A DNA stretch of 64,000 nucleotides from Azolla caroliniana (lineage: Eukaryota; Plantae; Polypodiophyta). Positions 48,058 through 62,255 of the stretch are shown in pieces (positions within the stretch are counted from its first letter, which is position 1; each line of letters begins with the position of its first letter). Where the stretch lies: the NCBI GenBank assembly GCA_043228905.1, contig JBHGNT010000005.1, positions 11,594,001 to 11,658,000 on the forward strand, written 5' to 3'. A program made the position numbers and the translations under genes. Under the pieces are notes generated by a model that searched no databases, was not told the origin of the DNA, and saw nothing but the letters and a program-made list of their open reading frames with translations.

Positions 48058-48806
48058 AGGATGATTGGACTATGTTCCTCCCGTTGGCTGAATTCGTTTA
48101 TAATAATACTCTTCCTTCATCCATCAGAACCTCTCCATTCTTTGCCAACTTTGGTTTCCAACCTCGATTCAGCATATCCCTTCCCTTGGTTCGGTGAACC
48201 CCTCGTCTGAAGATCGGGCATGTTGTCTAAAAGAAATCCATCAAGATTTAACTCTTGAGCTTGTTAATGCGCAAAACCAATAAAAGTCAATGGCCAACAA
48301 ACTACGAGCGTCGGCACCCAACTTTCAAGTAGGTGACGTGGTTTATCCACAACGGCACAATATTACGACCACTTGCCCATGTTCAAAACTACATTACACA
48401 AAATTGGGTCCCTTCCATATCTTCGAGTGTTCGACTATTTGACAAATGCAACCGAGGTAGTTCACGCTTTCCACACAAGCCTGCGCTAAACAAAACCAAC
48501 ATATCCATTATATGGTCATATGCACAATTGTTTCTTCTAGATCTTAAGCTAGCATAATTGCTCCCTTGTATTATTTATATTTGGCACATGCATGCATACA
48601 TACATGCTCTATTGTATCACATGCATGCAACAGGCATGCATGCTGTTTAGTATAAATATTTGAGTTCACCTTGAATGAATTCAAGGTGAACAACACTAGT
48701 TAATGATATTCATTCTTCTGCACTTGACAATCGCATCTTTGCCCCTACCAATAAGCTCTTGTAATTCCATTTTACTTCTGCCTTCGACATCTTCTCAACC
48801 CTCGCA

Positions 48807-49100
48807 CTCTGATACCATGAAAAGAGTTAGATGTAGAAGCTCTTGAACAATAGACACATCTGGCTCAATCGAACATCAGAAGACAGTTAGGTATACATAC
48901 ATAGAGAGAGAGAGAGAGAGACTGAATACAATGGACAACAAAATTACTATTAAAAAAATATGACTCGGTACATACAAATGTGCTTATAGAGCACTTTATA
49001 TACAAGCCCTTACATCAGACTGACACAAGTACTGACAAGTACTTGAATGCTCATAAAGGAGCATCTGTCAATAATAGTTCTAATACTATGTTCGGTCCTA
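48807..49100 (-). repeat. Copia LTR remnant with iMet PBS (right limit approximate)
   Basis: TGGTATCAGAG on the minus strand at 48807-48817, next to an LTR end. Similar to the 49520 LTR family. Confidence 0.6.
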
Positions 49101-49519
49101 AAGGTTTTGTTGGCTCTCTCTCTTGGCCGATCCAGCTGTTGGCTTCTTCAGTCGACTCTGTATGGTGAAGAATGCGTGGAAGTAAGTGAGGAGTTGTCGG
49201 TGAATGTGCACAGAAAACAACACAGAGAGTATGACTATAGAAATTATGGAAATGTAGACACGGTTCAAGCTCAAATGGAAGCTCTCATTATTCTTTGTTC
49301 TCTCTCTCAGAGACCCAATATACAAGATGATCAAGAAGAGGTTACAACATTAGGTTGTTGCTTACATACTAAGCCCTAACTATTTGGACATGTTCACACT
49401 AGGATACAAAGTGGAAGGAGTCGGCTTGTTATGCCAACAAACTCCCCCATAACGGGACTACTCTTTCCTACATGTAAAAGTGATAGGGTTATCTCCCCCG
49501 TAAACCTAGATTACAAAAT

Positions 49520-52500
49520 TGTTGAGAGACAAGCTCAACATTTGTGCGTAATACGATGCGTAACCAGTGCGTAGACTGGGTGCATAAAACCGGTACACAG
49601 ACCGGTGCGTAGAAAGGCCGTATCGGTGTGTAGACCGAAAGGCCGTTAGCAAGATGTTCCTTGTAAGGAATAGTTTTGGGAGTAAGTGTCGAGGCTCATT
49701 TATGAGCAGTCAAGTACTGTCAGTACTTGTGTCACCCCATTGTCAGGGCTTGTATAAAACTGCTCACTGAGCACATCCTATGTACAGATTGAGTATTATT
49801 TTTCAAATTTAACTTCTTGTGTTACTCTCTCCCTGTCTCTCCCGTGCGTACTGTGAAAACCTAAGCTTTCCATTAAACCTGCGTTTTCTGTTGTTCGGTT
49901 TTCCTATATTGCTTCCGCACGCCATTCTTTTCATGGTATCAAAGCGCGAGGGTTGAGAACCTCTGCAACTAACTTTGCTTGAAGGAAAAACCAACGAAGA
50001 AGAACAAGAAAACCGATGGACAGAGGAATGCCTAGCTCGCTTCCAACGGAGAAGCTCGACAGAACCAACTACGCATCTTGGTCCTACAAGATGCACCAGT
50101 ACCTGCACTGGAGCTATGTCGATGGAGCAAATGACACAGCACCCGATTCGACACACAAAGACTTCCCGATGTGGGAACAATCGGCGAGCAGAGTGCTATA
50201 CTGCTTCGCGTCTTGTGTGGGTGAACAGCTACTAAGCTACGTTCGGGATGCAAAAACGTTCGGGAATACTTTTCCGGTCAATTCAACTGTTATCTACAAC
50301 AGATGGGAATTCGGCGTGAATTCAGTTGTAGATACACGCCGGAGCAAAACGGCGTGGCCGAGAGAAAAATCGGTCGATTGTGGAAGCTGCACGCGTAATG
50401 CTGAAGGAGAAGAGCTTGCCCAAGTTCTATTGGGCCGAGGCGGTAAGAACCGCGGTATACATCCAGAACCGGATCGGAGAAAAAGTGTCGGCGCACGAGC
50501 TATACTTTGGAACAAACCCAAACTTGCGACACTTACGAGTTTTCAGTAGCATTGCGTATGTACATGTGCCGAAGGAGAAAGGGAGGAAGTTGGACGCAAA
50601 AGCCGAGAAGTGTATCTTGGTCGGCTATTCGGACAAGCAGAAGGGTTATAAGTGCTATAACCCGCGTACCAAACAACCGCGCGTGAGCCGCGACGTTGTG
50701 TTTGATGAGTCCGCGTCCTGGTACTTGCCTCCGACTCCGGACCTCACCTCCAATCCGAGTTCTGACGATGAGGACAACGAGGCCGAGGGGCCTCCGGCTG
50801 AGCCTGAAATCGGAACCCCCGAAGAGAGTCCGATTTCATTTCGGTTAAGTGGACCGAATGGACGACTGAGTCGGTACGACCAGTTCGATGAAGAGTCGGC
50901 GAGTAGTGGAGACTCGGCTATGCATTTCCCGCGTAGGAAGCCAAGGAGACGACTTATGCCCGAAGAGAAAGGGAAGCAGAAGGTGTCTGATTCCAGCACG
51001 GATAGGAACGAGTCAGACCGATGCGAGTCCGAATTCGAGGGAAGCAGCGACGGGCCTTCAGGAACGAAGTCTGCGTCGGCCGAAAAGATCTCAACATCGG
51101 CAAATGACCGATTACGTCGATCTACCCACCAAAAGAACCCAGTTTTGCGGTTTGGATACAACGAGTACATGGCGCATCACTATGCGTACATGACCCGTGT
51201 AGCGGAAGTGCATGAGCCGGGGAGCTACGGAGAAGCGGCGAAGGACGCGAATTGGCGCACCGCGATGGCGGAAGAGATGCACGTATTGGCGGAAAACGAG
51301 ACCTAGGATCTGGTTGACGCACCAAAGGGTGTGAAGCCGATCGGATGTAGTTGGGTGTACAAGGTCAAGTACAACACCGACGGCTCGGTTAACCGATACA
51401 AGGCCCGGTTAGTGGCAAAAGGCTACGTGTAGAAACACGGCATCGACTACGATGAGACGTTCGCGCCAGTCGCAAAGATGACGACCGTCCGTGTTTTGCT
51501 CGTAGTAGCCGCGGCCAAGGGGTGCCACGTACATCAGATGCATGTAAAGAATGCATTCCTGCAAGGTGAGCTTGAGGACCGGGTGTACATGGTACAGCCC
51601 CCCGGATTTCACTCCAGACCGAACACGTCGGCAGTATGCCAATTGAAGAAGTCCCTTTACGGACTGAAGCAAGCCCCACATGCCTGGAATGCAAAAATCA
51701 CGTATCTGCTACGTCAGATGGGCTTTGCGACGTCAAAATCGGACTCCTCGTTGTTCATTCGGAAAGCTCGACTCGGGCCAGTCAGTATTTTACTCTATGT
51801 TGATGACTTGGGCATCACCGGCTCCGACCTAGGTGAGATCAACCGCGTGAAGCTCCAGCTTATGGCATCATTCGACATGAAGGATCTGGGGGACCTTCAT
51901 TACTTCCTCCAGATCGAAGTGATCCGCACCTCCGAAGGCATACTAATCAGCCAACGTCATTACGCGCTGAATATGCTCTTCAAATTCGGGATGGCAGACT
52001 GTAAGTCCGTCTCGACTCCTCTGGACAGAACTGTCAAGCTTCGCCCCAATTCCGGCAAGGTTTCCGATTCGACAAGGTTCCGACATGTTGCTGGAAACCT
52101 TATCTACTTGACCATCACCCGACCCCATCTCAGTTATCCGGTCGGGGTGATCAGTCAGTTCATGGCGCGACCTACCGAGGAGCACCTTCAGTGTGTGCAA
52201 CGCGTACAGCGGTACGTAAGCGGCACTAAGGACCGCGGACTGCTATATCCGACTTATACAACCCCGCAGTTGGTCGGCTACACTGATGCCGATTGGGCCG
52301 GCAATGTCGCCGATTGATGCTCCATGTCCGGACATGCGTTCTCTCTTGGGAGTGGCGCGATAGCGTGGAGTAGCAAGAAGCAGCCGACAGTTGCACTGTC
52401 GAGCTCCGAAGCCGAGCATAGAGGAGCGGTTGTCGCAACATGCGAAGCCATATGGTTGAAGCGACTACTTAAGGATCTGCAGGTGGAGGTGTCCGATCCA

Positions 52501-53429
52501 ACGACGATCTACTGCGACAACCTCAGCAACATCCAACTCGCGAAGAACCCCGTCTTCCACGCATGGACCAAGCACATTGAGGTGCACTACCATTTTGTCC
52601 GTGAGCATGTCCTTTCTGGTGAAGTCGAATTTCATTATGTTCTGACAGATCGGAAGACCGCCGACATCTTCACCAAGCCTCTTGGTATGGACAAGTTGCG
52701 GCAATTTTCAGGTGCGCTTGGGTTGCGCTTGGGACGAGAGCGAAAACCATTCGGAGGTAGCCGAGTCGGTTCGGATGTTTGATTCAGATACACTGAATCA
52801 ATTGAGGGCCAAGCGGAAAAGAAGGCAGCAGGAGAAGCGCCAACACCACGACAGCAAGGGACCTGTGAAGGGCCGTGGGAGTAGACAAGCCGCCAGATGG
52901 GTCCAAGCGCGCGGAGTCAAACAGGCCGAGGAGCGCGAGCGAGGTGTGGAGCTAGGAGAAGCCGGAGCGTAGGTCCGGCAGAGCAGGCGGAACCTCAAGT
53001 TGAGCTTGAGGGGGAGTGTTGAGAGACAAGCTCAACATTTGTGCGTAATACGATGCGTAACCAGTGCTAGATTGGGTGCATAAAACCGGTACGCAGACGG
53101 GTGCATAGAAAGGCCGTATCGGTGCATAGACCGAAAGGCCGTTAGAAAGATATTCCTCGTAAGGAATAGTTTTGGGTGTAAGTGTCGAGGCTCATTTATG
53201 AGCAGTCAAGTATTGTCAGTACTTGTGTCAGCCCATTGTAAGGGCTTGTATAAAAGTGCTCACTGAGCACATCCTATGTACAGATTGAGTATTATTTTTC
53301 GAATTTAAGTTCTTGTGTTACTCTCTCTCTATCTCTCCTGTGCGTACTGTGAAAACCTAAGCTTTCCATTAAACCTGCGTTTTCCGTTGTTTGGTTTTCC
53401 TATATTACTTCCGCACGCCATTCTTTTCT
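49520..53429 (+). mobile_element. Internally deleted Copia element
   Basis: LTRs 49520-49933 and 53017-53429, TSD AAAAT, PBS TGGTATCAAAGC, PPT. The gag start is fused to the integrase core near 50260. RT LYVDD and RNase H present with stops. Confidence 0.93.
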
Positions 53430-53749
53430 AAAATTAATCTAAATTTATATTACAAGTCAGTCGGCAAGTAGTTGAGTTCGCAAAGATGAAGTCAACACCT
53501 AGCCTAATTCACCTAGTTCGAGTCAGTCGAATAAACTTGTTTGAATCCTTCTTCGTTCGAACTGGTATGATTGTCGAAGTTGGTTTGTGTTCGTTTCTCG
53601 ATTTTGGCCTTCTATCGATTGTTCGTAGCTCACTCGTTTCAGCTCCTATGCTCCTCGCTGGATCCTCGACATGTATCCGAGTTCATTCGCCTCTCAATCA
53701 TTTCCTTTCCACTTGGTATCCTCGTTGAGACTGTGCTATTTCTTCAACC

Positions 53750-54056
53750 CCTCATGTTTCTGAATCTGTCAATTTCGCTCTTCTCGTGAATTTGTTCGGG
53801 CCAGTTTTCGACATCCCTTCTGCTCCTTCTTTGACTTTCTTCTGCTTGGTCGCTTGTCTTAGTCCCATCTTTGTCCTAAGTGTTTGGAAGCATTGATTTG
53901 GAAGTGGCTTCGTCAGGCAATCAACGATGTTCACCTCGGTGTCGATTTTCCGAACTTTGAGCTTTTTCTTTGTTATGAGCTCCTTGATGTGATGATACTA
54001 CACCTCAATATTTTTTGTCTTAACATGATATACAAGGTTTTTTATGAGGTGCATTT
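53750..54056 (-). pseudogene. pol: RNase H end of an older host Copia element (continues at 59311-59950; probable PPT/LTR near 49438)
   Basis: HVKTKNIEV and NIVDCLTKPL motifs, contiguous with YCD.QSA at 59311 once the insertion is removed. Confidence 0.75.
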
Positions 54057-57000
54057 TGTTAGGATTTCGGTCCCTCCGGATGGGATGTTGTAGGCCCGGT
54101 GAGAACCGGATGATGAGTACTAGGCAAGGAAGACCCGGTGAGAACCGAATGTTGCAGGCCCGGTGAGGACCCCTCACCGGATGAAGGGACATATATGTAA
54201 ATATGTTCCAGAGAGAGCCCACTGGATCTATATTTGTAAATAGTCCGAAAGTCATATTAGTATAAATATGAGCTAGGGAAAACTCTTGTTAAGTATCGAC
54301 AGAGTTGTCATTATTTTGTATAGAGTTATTGGTATAACTGTTGTACAAAACGTAACAGAGAGTGAGGGAGAGAAACAAAGTATGTCTCTGTTGTAATTGT
54401 CGCCAGGCGAAGAGAGTGAGCACGTGGTCGTTGCCTCTGTGCCCCCTGTTGTATTCTTTGACATAGTGATAGTTTGGAGTCTGTGGGCTCCTGTGGTTTT
54501 TCGCTCTCAGGGTTTTTCCACGTTAACATACTGTGTACTCTCTCTCACTTATGTGTGTTCGTGCATTTACCTTTCATTGCCCATTTCTTCTGTGTTTGAT
54601 TATCATCAAGTGATTGAAGAGTCGGTTGTGGCCAAGCATTATTCGGCATATTCCTGTCAATCTTGTATCAAAGCAAAACGACACAGAAAAATGGAATATT
54701 CGTTGGGAGGCATGTTCAACCTCACCGGCTCCAACTACTGAGTGTGGAAGTCAAAGACGAGGGACATGCTCGTGGTTAAAGACCTTTGGTTGCCAATTCA
54801 GTTCAGGGACAAGAGACCGGACAAGATTGATGCCACGATATGGGAGGTGATGCACATGAAGACAATGACGTACATACGGTGTTTCATCGACATGAGCCTG
54901 TACAACAAATTTAATGAGAGTAAGGCTCATGAGCTCTGGGAGAAGATCGACATTATATTCTAGAACAAAAATGTTGTTAATCGGGTTTCGGTATTTCGGA
55001 AGCTAGTGAGGTTCCGGTACCAAGATGGCTCCAGTATGGTGGAGCACATGAATGCCTTCTAGGGGCTGATTCACCAGGCAACATCATTGGAAGTACCTCT
55101 CGCCAATGAGGTACTCACATTTCTCCTGCTTGGTTCCCTCCCAGATAGTTGGGAGATGTTAGTTGTCACTTTGGGCAACGCCGGGCCGGAAGGGAAGCAA
55201 CTGTCCCTAGCAAGAGTCAAGTCGAGCTTGCTAGATGAGGAGGCGCGTCGGAAAGACAACGATACGAGCTCCGACTCCAAAGCGCTCCTTACCGAATCAG
55301 AATGCGGAAGACAAAGGAATCGAAGTCCCCAGAACTGGGAAAAGTCGGGGACACGGTTAAAGTCAAGGGGAAGGCCCACTTGCTTCTACTGTGGGAAGCC
55401 GGATTCCCCAGAACTGTCGGCATTTCCGAAAAGAAAAGGAAACCGATAGTACCAATTCGAAGCGGTCACCGGACCAGAATGGTAAAGACTGGAGGGGACC
55501 AGACCGGAAGGGAACGATGACAATCGTGGCAAGTGAAGAGGAGTTGATGCTCATCACTGAGGAGAGTGAGTTGAACCTTGGCGGCAATGAGACAACGTGG
55601 GTTGTCAATTCCGGGGCGTCGTTCCACTTGACGCCGAACCGGAAATGCTTCTCGTCCTACACAACCGGTGAGCACGGTTGTGTCCATATGGGGAACGAAG
55701 GTACATGCCGAATTGTCGGCATAGGAGATGTGTGCTTGACAACACCAACCAGATGCAAGCTGCTGCTGAAGGATGTCCGACACGTTCTGGAGGTTCGACT
55801 GAACCTAATAACAACTGGTCGGCTAGACGATGAAGGCTACACAAGTAGCATCCGGAACGGTGTCATGAAGTTCTGCAAAGGGAGCCTAATAGTGGCTCGG
55901 GCCCGGAAGGTCAACACACTGTACCTGATGAATGCCCGGTTATGCCCGAAAGAAGTGAACATCGCAACCAACACTGCCGGTGAGTTGTGGCACAACAGAC
56001 TATGTCACATGAGCGAGAAGGGGATGAAGAGGCTTGCCAATGACAACCTCATTCTGGTGAAAGACGTGCATCTTGAGAGGTGCACTGACTGCCTCGCCGG
56101 TAAGCAAAACCGGACCTCCTTCCGCTCAAGGCCACCGATGAGACGTAATACACCACTGGAGCTAGTGCATAACGATGTGTGTCAAGTGGACACGAAGTCA
56201 CATGCCGGAGTGTAATACTTCGTGACGTTCATAGATGACGACAACCGGAAGCTGTGGGTCACACCGTTGAAGGCGAAGGATCAGGTATTATCCGTCTTCA
56301 AGGAGCTCCATGCAAGAGTGGAAAGAGAAACCGGCCGGAAACTGAAGGCGGTTCGAGCAGATAACAGAGGCGAATACTGGGGGCAATTTGAGGAGTACTG
56401 CCGCTCGAGGGGCATCCGACTCGAATTTACCGTGCCGAAGACGCCGGAACTAAACGGGCTGGCCGAGAGGATGAACTGGACCATAATGGAGAGGGTCCGG
56501 AGTATGCTTGCAAATGCTAAGCTACCCAAGATGTTTTGGGTTGAGGCGTTGTCAACAACGACGTATGTGATAAACAGATCACCCTCAGTGCCCTTGGATG
56601 GAGACACACCACAAAGAGTATGGACCGGTAAGGAAGTGTTTTACCGGCATTTGAAGGTGTTCGGGTGTCTCACTTATGTGCATGTAGCAAAGGACTGTAG
56701 AGGAAAGTTGGATCGAAAGACCCAGCCATGCATATTCCTCAGATACGGTGATGATGAGTTCAGCTACCGAGTGTGCGATCCTGTCGACAAGAAGGTTGTC
56801 CGGAGTCGAGATATTATCTTCATGGTGGATAAGACCCTTTCCGACTGGGAGTTGGAGAAGAAGATAATGAACTCTGAGTCGACCGGTAAGGATCGGTTCG
56901 ATGAGATACGGACCTACCCGGCTAAGAGCCGGTTGACACTCAAAGAACTGGCCAGTTATGGAGAGGAAACCGAACCGGCAGAAGAAGAAGAGGAAGCAAG

Positions 57001-59310
57001 AACCGGAACCGGCCAAGATCCCGAATCGGATTTGGATGAAGAACAAACAGAGGAGCCGGTTGCCGGAAATCCTCTCCGAGAGAGAAGGGCCCCGCAGAGA
57101 TTTCCGAATGCAGAGCGCGTGTTGCTAACCGATGAGGGGGAGCTAGAAAGCTTCAAAGAAGCAAAGGAGGACACCCACAACCGCAAGTGGTTGGGTGCCA
57201 TGCAGGACGAGATGGATTCGCTTCATGAGAACCACACGTATGAACTGGTGGAGTTGCCGAAAGAGAAGAGGTCACTCCGAAACAAGTGGGTGTACAAGCT
57301 GAAACCGGGAGATGCCGGCAACCCCCCGGGATACAAAGCCAGGATCGTGGTGAAGGGCTTCCAACAAAAGAAGGGTGTGGACTTCGACGAGATATTTACC
57401 CCGGTAGTGAAGATGACTTCCATCCGGACGGTGTTGAGCATAGCAACAAGCATGGATCTCGAGGTAGAGTAGTTAGACGTGAAGACAACATTCCTCCACG
57501 ACGACCTCGAAGAGGAGATCTAAATGCAGCAACCAGAAGGATTTGTGAAGAAAGGGAAGGAGCACCTGGTTTGCCGGTTGAAGAAGAGTTTCTACAGTTT
57601 GAAGCAGGCTCCCCGACAATGGTACTGGAAATTCGACTCCTTCATGACGGATCAAGGATACCACAAGACACAGGTCGATCACTGCGTATTTGTGAAGAAG
57701 TTCGAAGGTGGAGACTTCCTGATACTCCTCCTGTACGTGGATGACGTGTTGATCGTCGGACGAGACCAAGTCAAGATACAGATGCTAAAGAAGGCCCTTA
57801 ACCGGACCTTCTCAATGAAAGACTTGGGTCCCGCAAGACAGACACTAGGGATGCATATCATCCGGGACCGGTCAAAGAAGCAATTATGGCTATCATCGGA
57901 GAAGTATGTGACAAAGGTGCTTCAGCGGTTCAACATGTCAGATGCGAAACCGGTCGGATCGACAATTCCGGCAAACTGCAGGTTATTCGGTAAGCAAAGC
58001 CCGAAGACGAAGGCAAAGAAGGTGGATATGATGAAGATACCATATGTCTTTGCCATCGGGAGCTTAATGTACGCAATGGTGTGTACCCGACCGGATATTG
58101 GATACGCAGTCAGAGTGGTGAGCCGGTTTATGAGCAATCCCGGCAAGGAGCATTGGAATGCGGTAAAATGGATGCTCTGATACTTTAAAGGCACCTCTAG
58201 TATGTGTCTCCGATTCGGCTTCGGTAAACCCCAACTTGACGGTTTCACCGATTCAGATATGTCGGCTGATGTGGATACCAACCGGTCCACATTGGGATAT
58301 GTCATGACATATGCAGGGGGAGCTGTTTCGTGGCAGTTGAGGTTGCAGAAGACGGTTGCATTGTCAACCACGGAGGCGGAGTACATGGCGGTTGTGGAAG
58401 CGAGCAAGGAAATACTATGGATGAAGGACTTCATCGAAGAGCTAGGGAATACCGGCTCTATTGCAATAGTCAAAGTGCAATCCACCTTGCGAAGAACGCA
58501 ACGTATCATTCCAGGACAAAGCACATCCAGTGGAGGTACCACTAGATCCGGGAGCGAGTGGAAGATTGAGAGTTCATGCTAACGAAAATCCACACGGAGG
58601 AGAATGGGTCAGATATGCTGACCAAAGAGCTGACACCCGACAAGCTGGACGCATGCCAGAAGCGAATTGGACTAACTAGACATCCCATGCCAGAGTGAAG
58701 GGGGAGTTTGTTAGGATTTCAGTACCTTCGGATGGGATGTTGCAGGCCCGGTGAGAACCGGATGATGAGTACCCAGCAAGGAAGACCCGGTGAGAACCGG
58801 ATGTTGCAGGCCCGGTGAGGACCCCTCACCGGATGAAGGGACATATATGTCAATATGTTCCGGAGAGAGCCCACCGGGGCTATATTTGTAAATAGCCCGA
58901 AAGTCATATTAGTATAAATATGAGCTAGGGCAAACTCTTGTTAAGTATCGACAGAGTTGTCATTATTTTGTATAGAGTTATTGGTAGAACTGTTGTACAG
59001 AACGTAACAGAGAGCGAGGGAGAGAAACAAAGTAAGTCTCTGTTGTAACCATCGCCAAGCAAAGAGAGTGAGCACGTGGTCGTTGCCTCTGTGCCCCCTG
59101 TTGTATTCTTTGGCATAGTGATAGTTTGGAGTCTGCGGCTCTCGTGGTTTTTCCCTCTGAGGGTTTTTCCACATTAACATACTATGTACTCTCTCTCACT
59201 TATGTGTGTTCGTGCATTTACCTTTCATTGCCCATTTCTTCTGTGTTTGATTATCATCAAGTGATTGAAGACGTGGTTGAAGCCGAGCATTATTCCGCAT
59301 ATTCCTGTCA
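54057..59310 (+). mobile_element. Full-length decayed Ty1/Copia element
   Basis: LTRs 54057-54659 and 58709-59310, degenerate iMet PBS, PPT GAAGGGGGAG, domain order gag-PR-INT-RT-RH with many stops. Confidence 0.93.
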
Positions 59311-59950
59311 TTGCGCTCTGTCAGTCACAATAGATGGTCGGCACTAGTCAATCAATTCGGCTCGTAGCAAAAACATAAACAGTCAACGGGTGCGGCCAGA
59401 TCGCTTCCTTCGCTGCCTTCGATGATGTTATGTACTCGGCCTCTGTGGTCGACAGGACCATGCACTCTTGCAGTTTCGACCTCCATGATAGGACGCCGCC
59501 ACCATATGTGAAGATGTAGCCTGATCTCGACTTCCGATTATCCGTATTCCCAACGTAGCCGGAGTCGGTGTAACCTTCAACTTCGGTGGGCTTGCCGATC
59601 CGAAAGTCAGTTTTGTAGCTTCGGTTCCTTTTAGTCATGTGAAGATGTGTTTGACGGCTTCCCGATGCTTCCGTCTTGGGATCGACATGTACCAGTTGAT
59701 GACCCCCATGACATATGCAAGATCGGGTATGGTCGCCACCATTGCGTACAGGATACTTCCTACTGCCGATTCGTAGTGTATCTTTCCATTGAGCTCTCTC
59801 TCCTTATCCGTTGAAGAATAGTCTATGTCTGATAGTGGGATCGACGTCGAATGCGGCATTGGTGCTAGCTTCACATTCTCCATGTTGAATCGCCTCAACA
59901 CCTTTCAGATGTAGTTGGATTGGGAGTGTCGGAGAGTCTTCGTCTTTCGA
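59311..59950 (-). pseudogene. pol: Host Copia RT/RNase H fragment
   Basis: SAVGSILYAMVAT, GYTDSGY and LSTTEAEY motifs. Confidence 0.85.
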
Positions 59951-62255
59951 TTTTGCTTAATCCTTGTGTGTAGTAATTTTATCATTTTCCATTTATTCTT
60001 ATTTTTCTCTGCCATATCTCTGGCGCCGATGGTAATCGACACGAGCTCCTTGTGTACTTCCACCAATTCCGTATTTAAGGGGGACAACTCGATGCCGATT
60101 CTTCGGACGCTTGCATTCCGCTTTTGGCCTACCCTAGCTAGAGGGCCTTCGTCTTCGCTTTCTATTGTATGTGTCAATGCACACTCAATCATCTGGCGTT
60201 CAGCATGCTCCTCTGCCATGTGCTGCAACACCTTAATTTGCTAGGTAGCTAGGAACTCCATGAGTTCGAAGGTGGTGCTGAATTTTAACAGAGTGCCGAA
60301 TTCATGGCAGTGTCTGGAATGTTCGGGTAGGACAATACTTCTCCCTCGGATGTTAGTACGTGCTTACCATGCTATGATTCTTCAGTCAGGATTGACCGTG
60401 GTAATGGAATCAATCCCAATGTCATGTCGGTTCCTAGCGCCTTGTTTTTGACAAGCTCGCGGCCATCCTTTCTGTCAAGCCTTAGGACTTCCAAAAGCCT
60501 GCTCCAATTCAGCCTGTGTATCTTCCGTAGGCCATGGCTCGACTCGTGGAGCAGGGTTAGGCTGTTGATCAACTTGCGGACCTATGGGTTCTGATCCCTA
60601 TGGACTTTCTCTATCCTCCCACTCGGTCATGGTGAGTTCGGCGAGCCTACATTTTGACGGGCACGGCGTGTTTGCAGGGCGGGCCGTTTCAGGGGTAGGG
60701 GGGGCCTGGGGAGGAAACTCTATTGTCAAATATTATTGAATGATGGGGCAAAGTTTCTTCCTAGCCTAGAATGTGTGAAGACCTTCGCACAGAGTCGGCC
60801 GTGTTATGACTCCCCAATCTATGGCCTGTACCTCGAACGTTGTGATGACGATAGCCACTTTTTGTTTCGGCATGAAGTACGCATTAGTGTGCAAGGACCC
60901 TACTTCTAGTAAAAACTTTGCAAGTTCACGAAAGAAAGGGTCAGGCACATCCCATGTCTTGTAAGCTTTGGCCGCAACAGAGTACTTCCCAAAGTAACGC
61001 TCGAGAATCCCTTCTGGATGGATTTCGAAGTGGCGCTCTCCACTTCTGGATAACCCCAGCTTCTTCCTGATGTTGGCGTTTGTGATGGTGTCAATATTGA
61101 GCTTCCTTGCTATGTCCTTTGAGTTTGGATGGGGCAGGGCTTCTGCTACCCGGATGTAACCTGCAAGTCCCTTGTCGTGGAGCCACCTTCATAGGGTTGG
61201 GGAGATATCACTCGTCATGCTGGTGACGTCTTCGCGAACGGGATGAGAGGATCGAGGGGAATGAGTTGAAGCCAAGGGCCGAGAAAATGAGATTCTGTGA
61301 TAGTGAGGTGAGCGAGGTCAGCGAGGAGAGCTGAGAGATTGTGAGGGCGTTCTTTTATTTGTAGAGAAGTGGCTTGCTTCCTGTTTTTGTTAAAATGAAA
61401 AGTTAGGGTTCAAAATTCATTGAGCCATTGTGTGGACATGTGTACTTGCTTTCTTGGAAGTTGTGTCTGCATGTAACCTCCCTAAGTAGTCATGAATGCC
61501 CCCCCACTTCTTCTTCGTTTCTTCTTTCATACCTAACAGTTATGGTTGTCAGTATACTACATTGGTGTTACATATGTACAAATGAGGCCTCGTTCAATGC
61601 ACCAGTTACCCACAATCGTCGTAGTAGGGAGTGGCCAATTTTTTGTATCAATTCGAAAAGGATTCGGCGATGTGCAGCCCCAATACGACTTCAATTGAAA
61701 ACCGTTAACCTATTGTCGTAGCACTTCCCCTGCGAGATTGCCCAGCTCGAATGTCTTGTTTTTGACGCCTACAATCCAATACGGCCTGGTCCATCTGAAC
61801 CATAGTTTTCCTAGCATATGTCTGATTCGTGTTTGGAACACTATGACAACTTTTCCAACTTTTAACAATTTCTCGTTAGTGCCGCGGTGCCGATCTACGA
61901 ATGCCTTCCGTCAGTGTTGTTCCTGCTCCAAAATTGCCATGTTGTGGACCCTGGCTTCACCGAGTTTGAGGAGTTGTTGTAAGCGGGTTTGCTCGAACTA
62001 CCGTTCGGGCAGGCGCTCTCCAACTTGTATTCATAAAATTAGAACCTGAAATTCCACAACCATTACAGCTTCTAGTCCGAATGCTAGCCGGAATGGAGTC
62101 AATTGGATACTAGTCTTCAAACTAGTATGGTACGCCCATAGGGCGCTATGCAGTTTAGTGTCCCAATCCGTACGGTTTTCGTTGACGATTTTCTTCAAGA
62201 TGTTCTAAACCGTTTTTTTTGTCAATTCCACGAGTTCATTTGCCTGTGGATAATA
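59951..62255 (-). mobile_element. Gypsy fragment: integrase end (about 61600-62255) followed by the start of the extra ORF (about 61250-59951)
   Basis: YYPQANELVE / KLHSALWAYHT integrase remnants. The downstream ORF pieces are homologous to 6096-6650. Confidence 0.7.
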
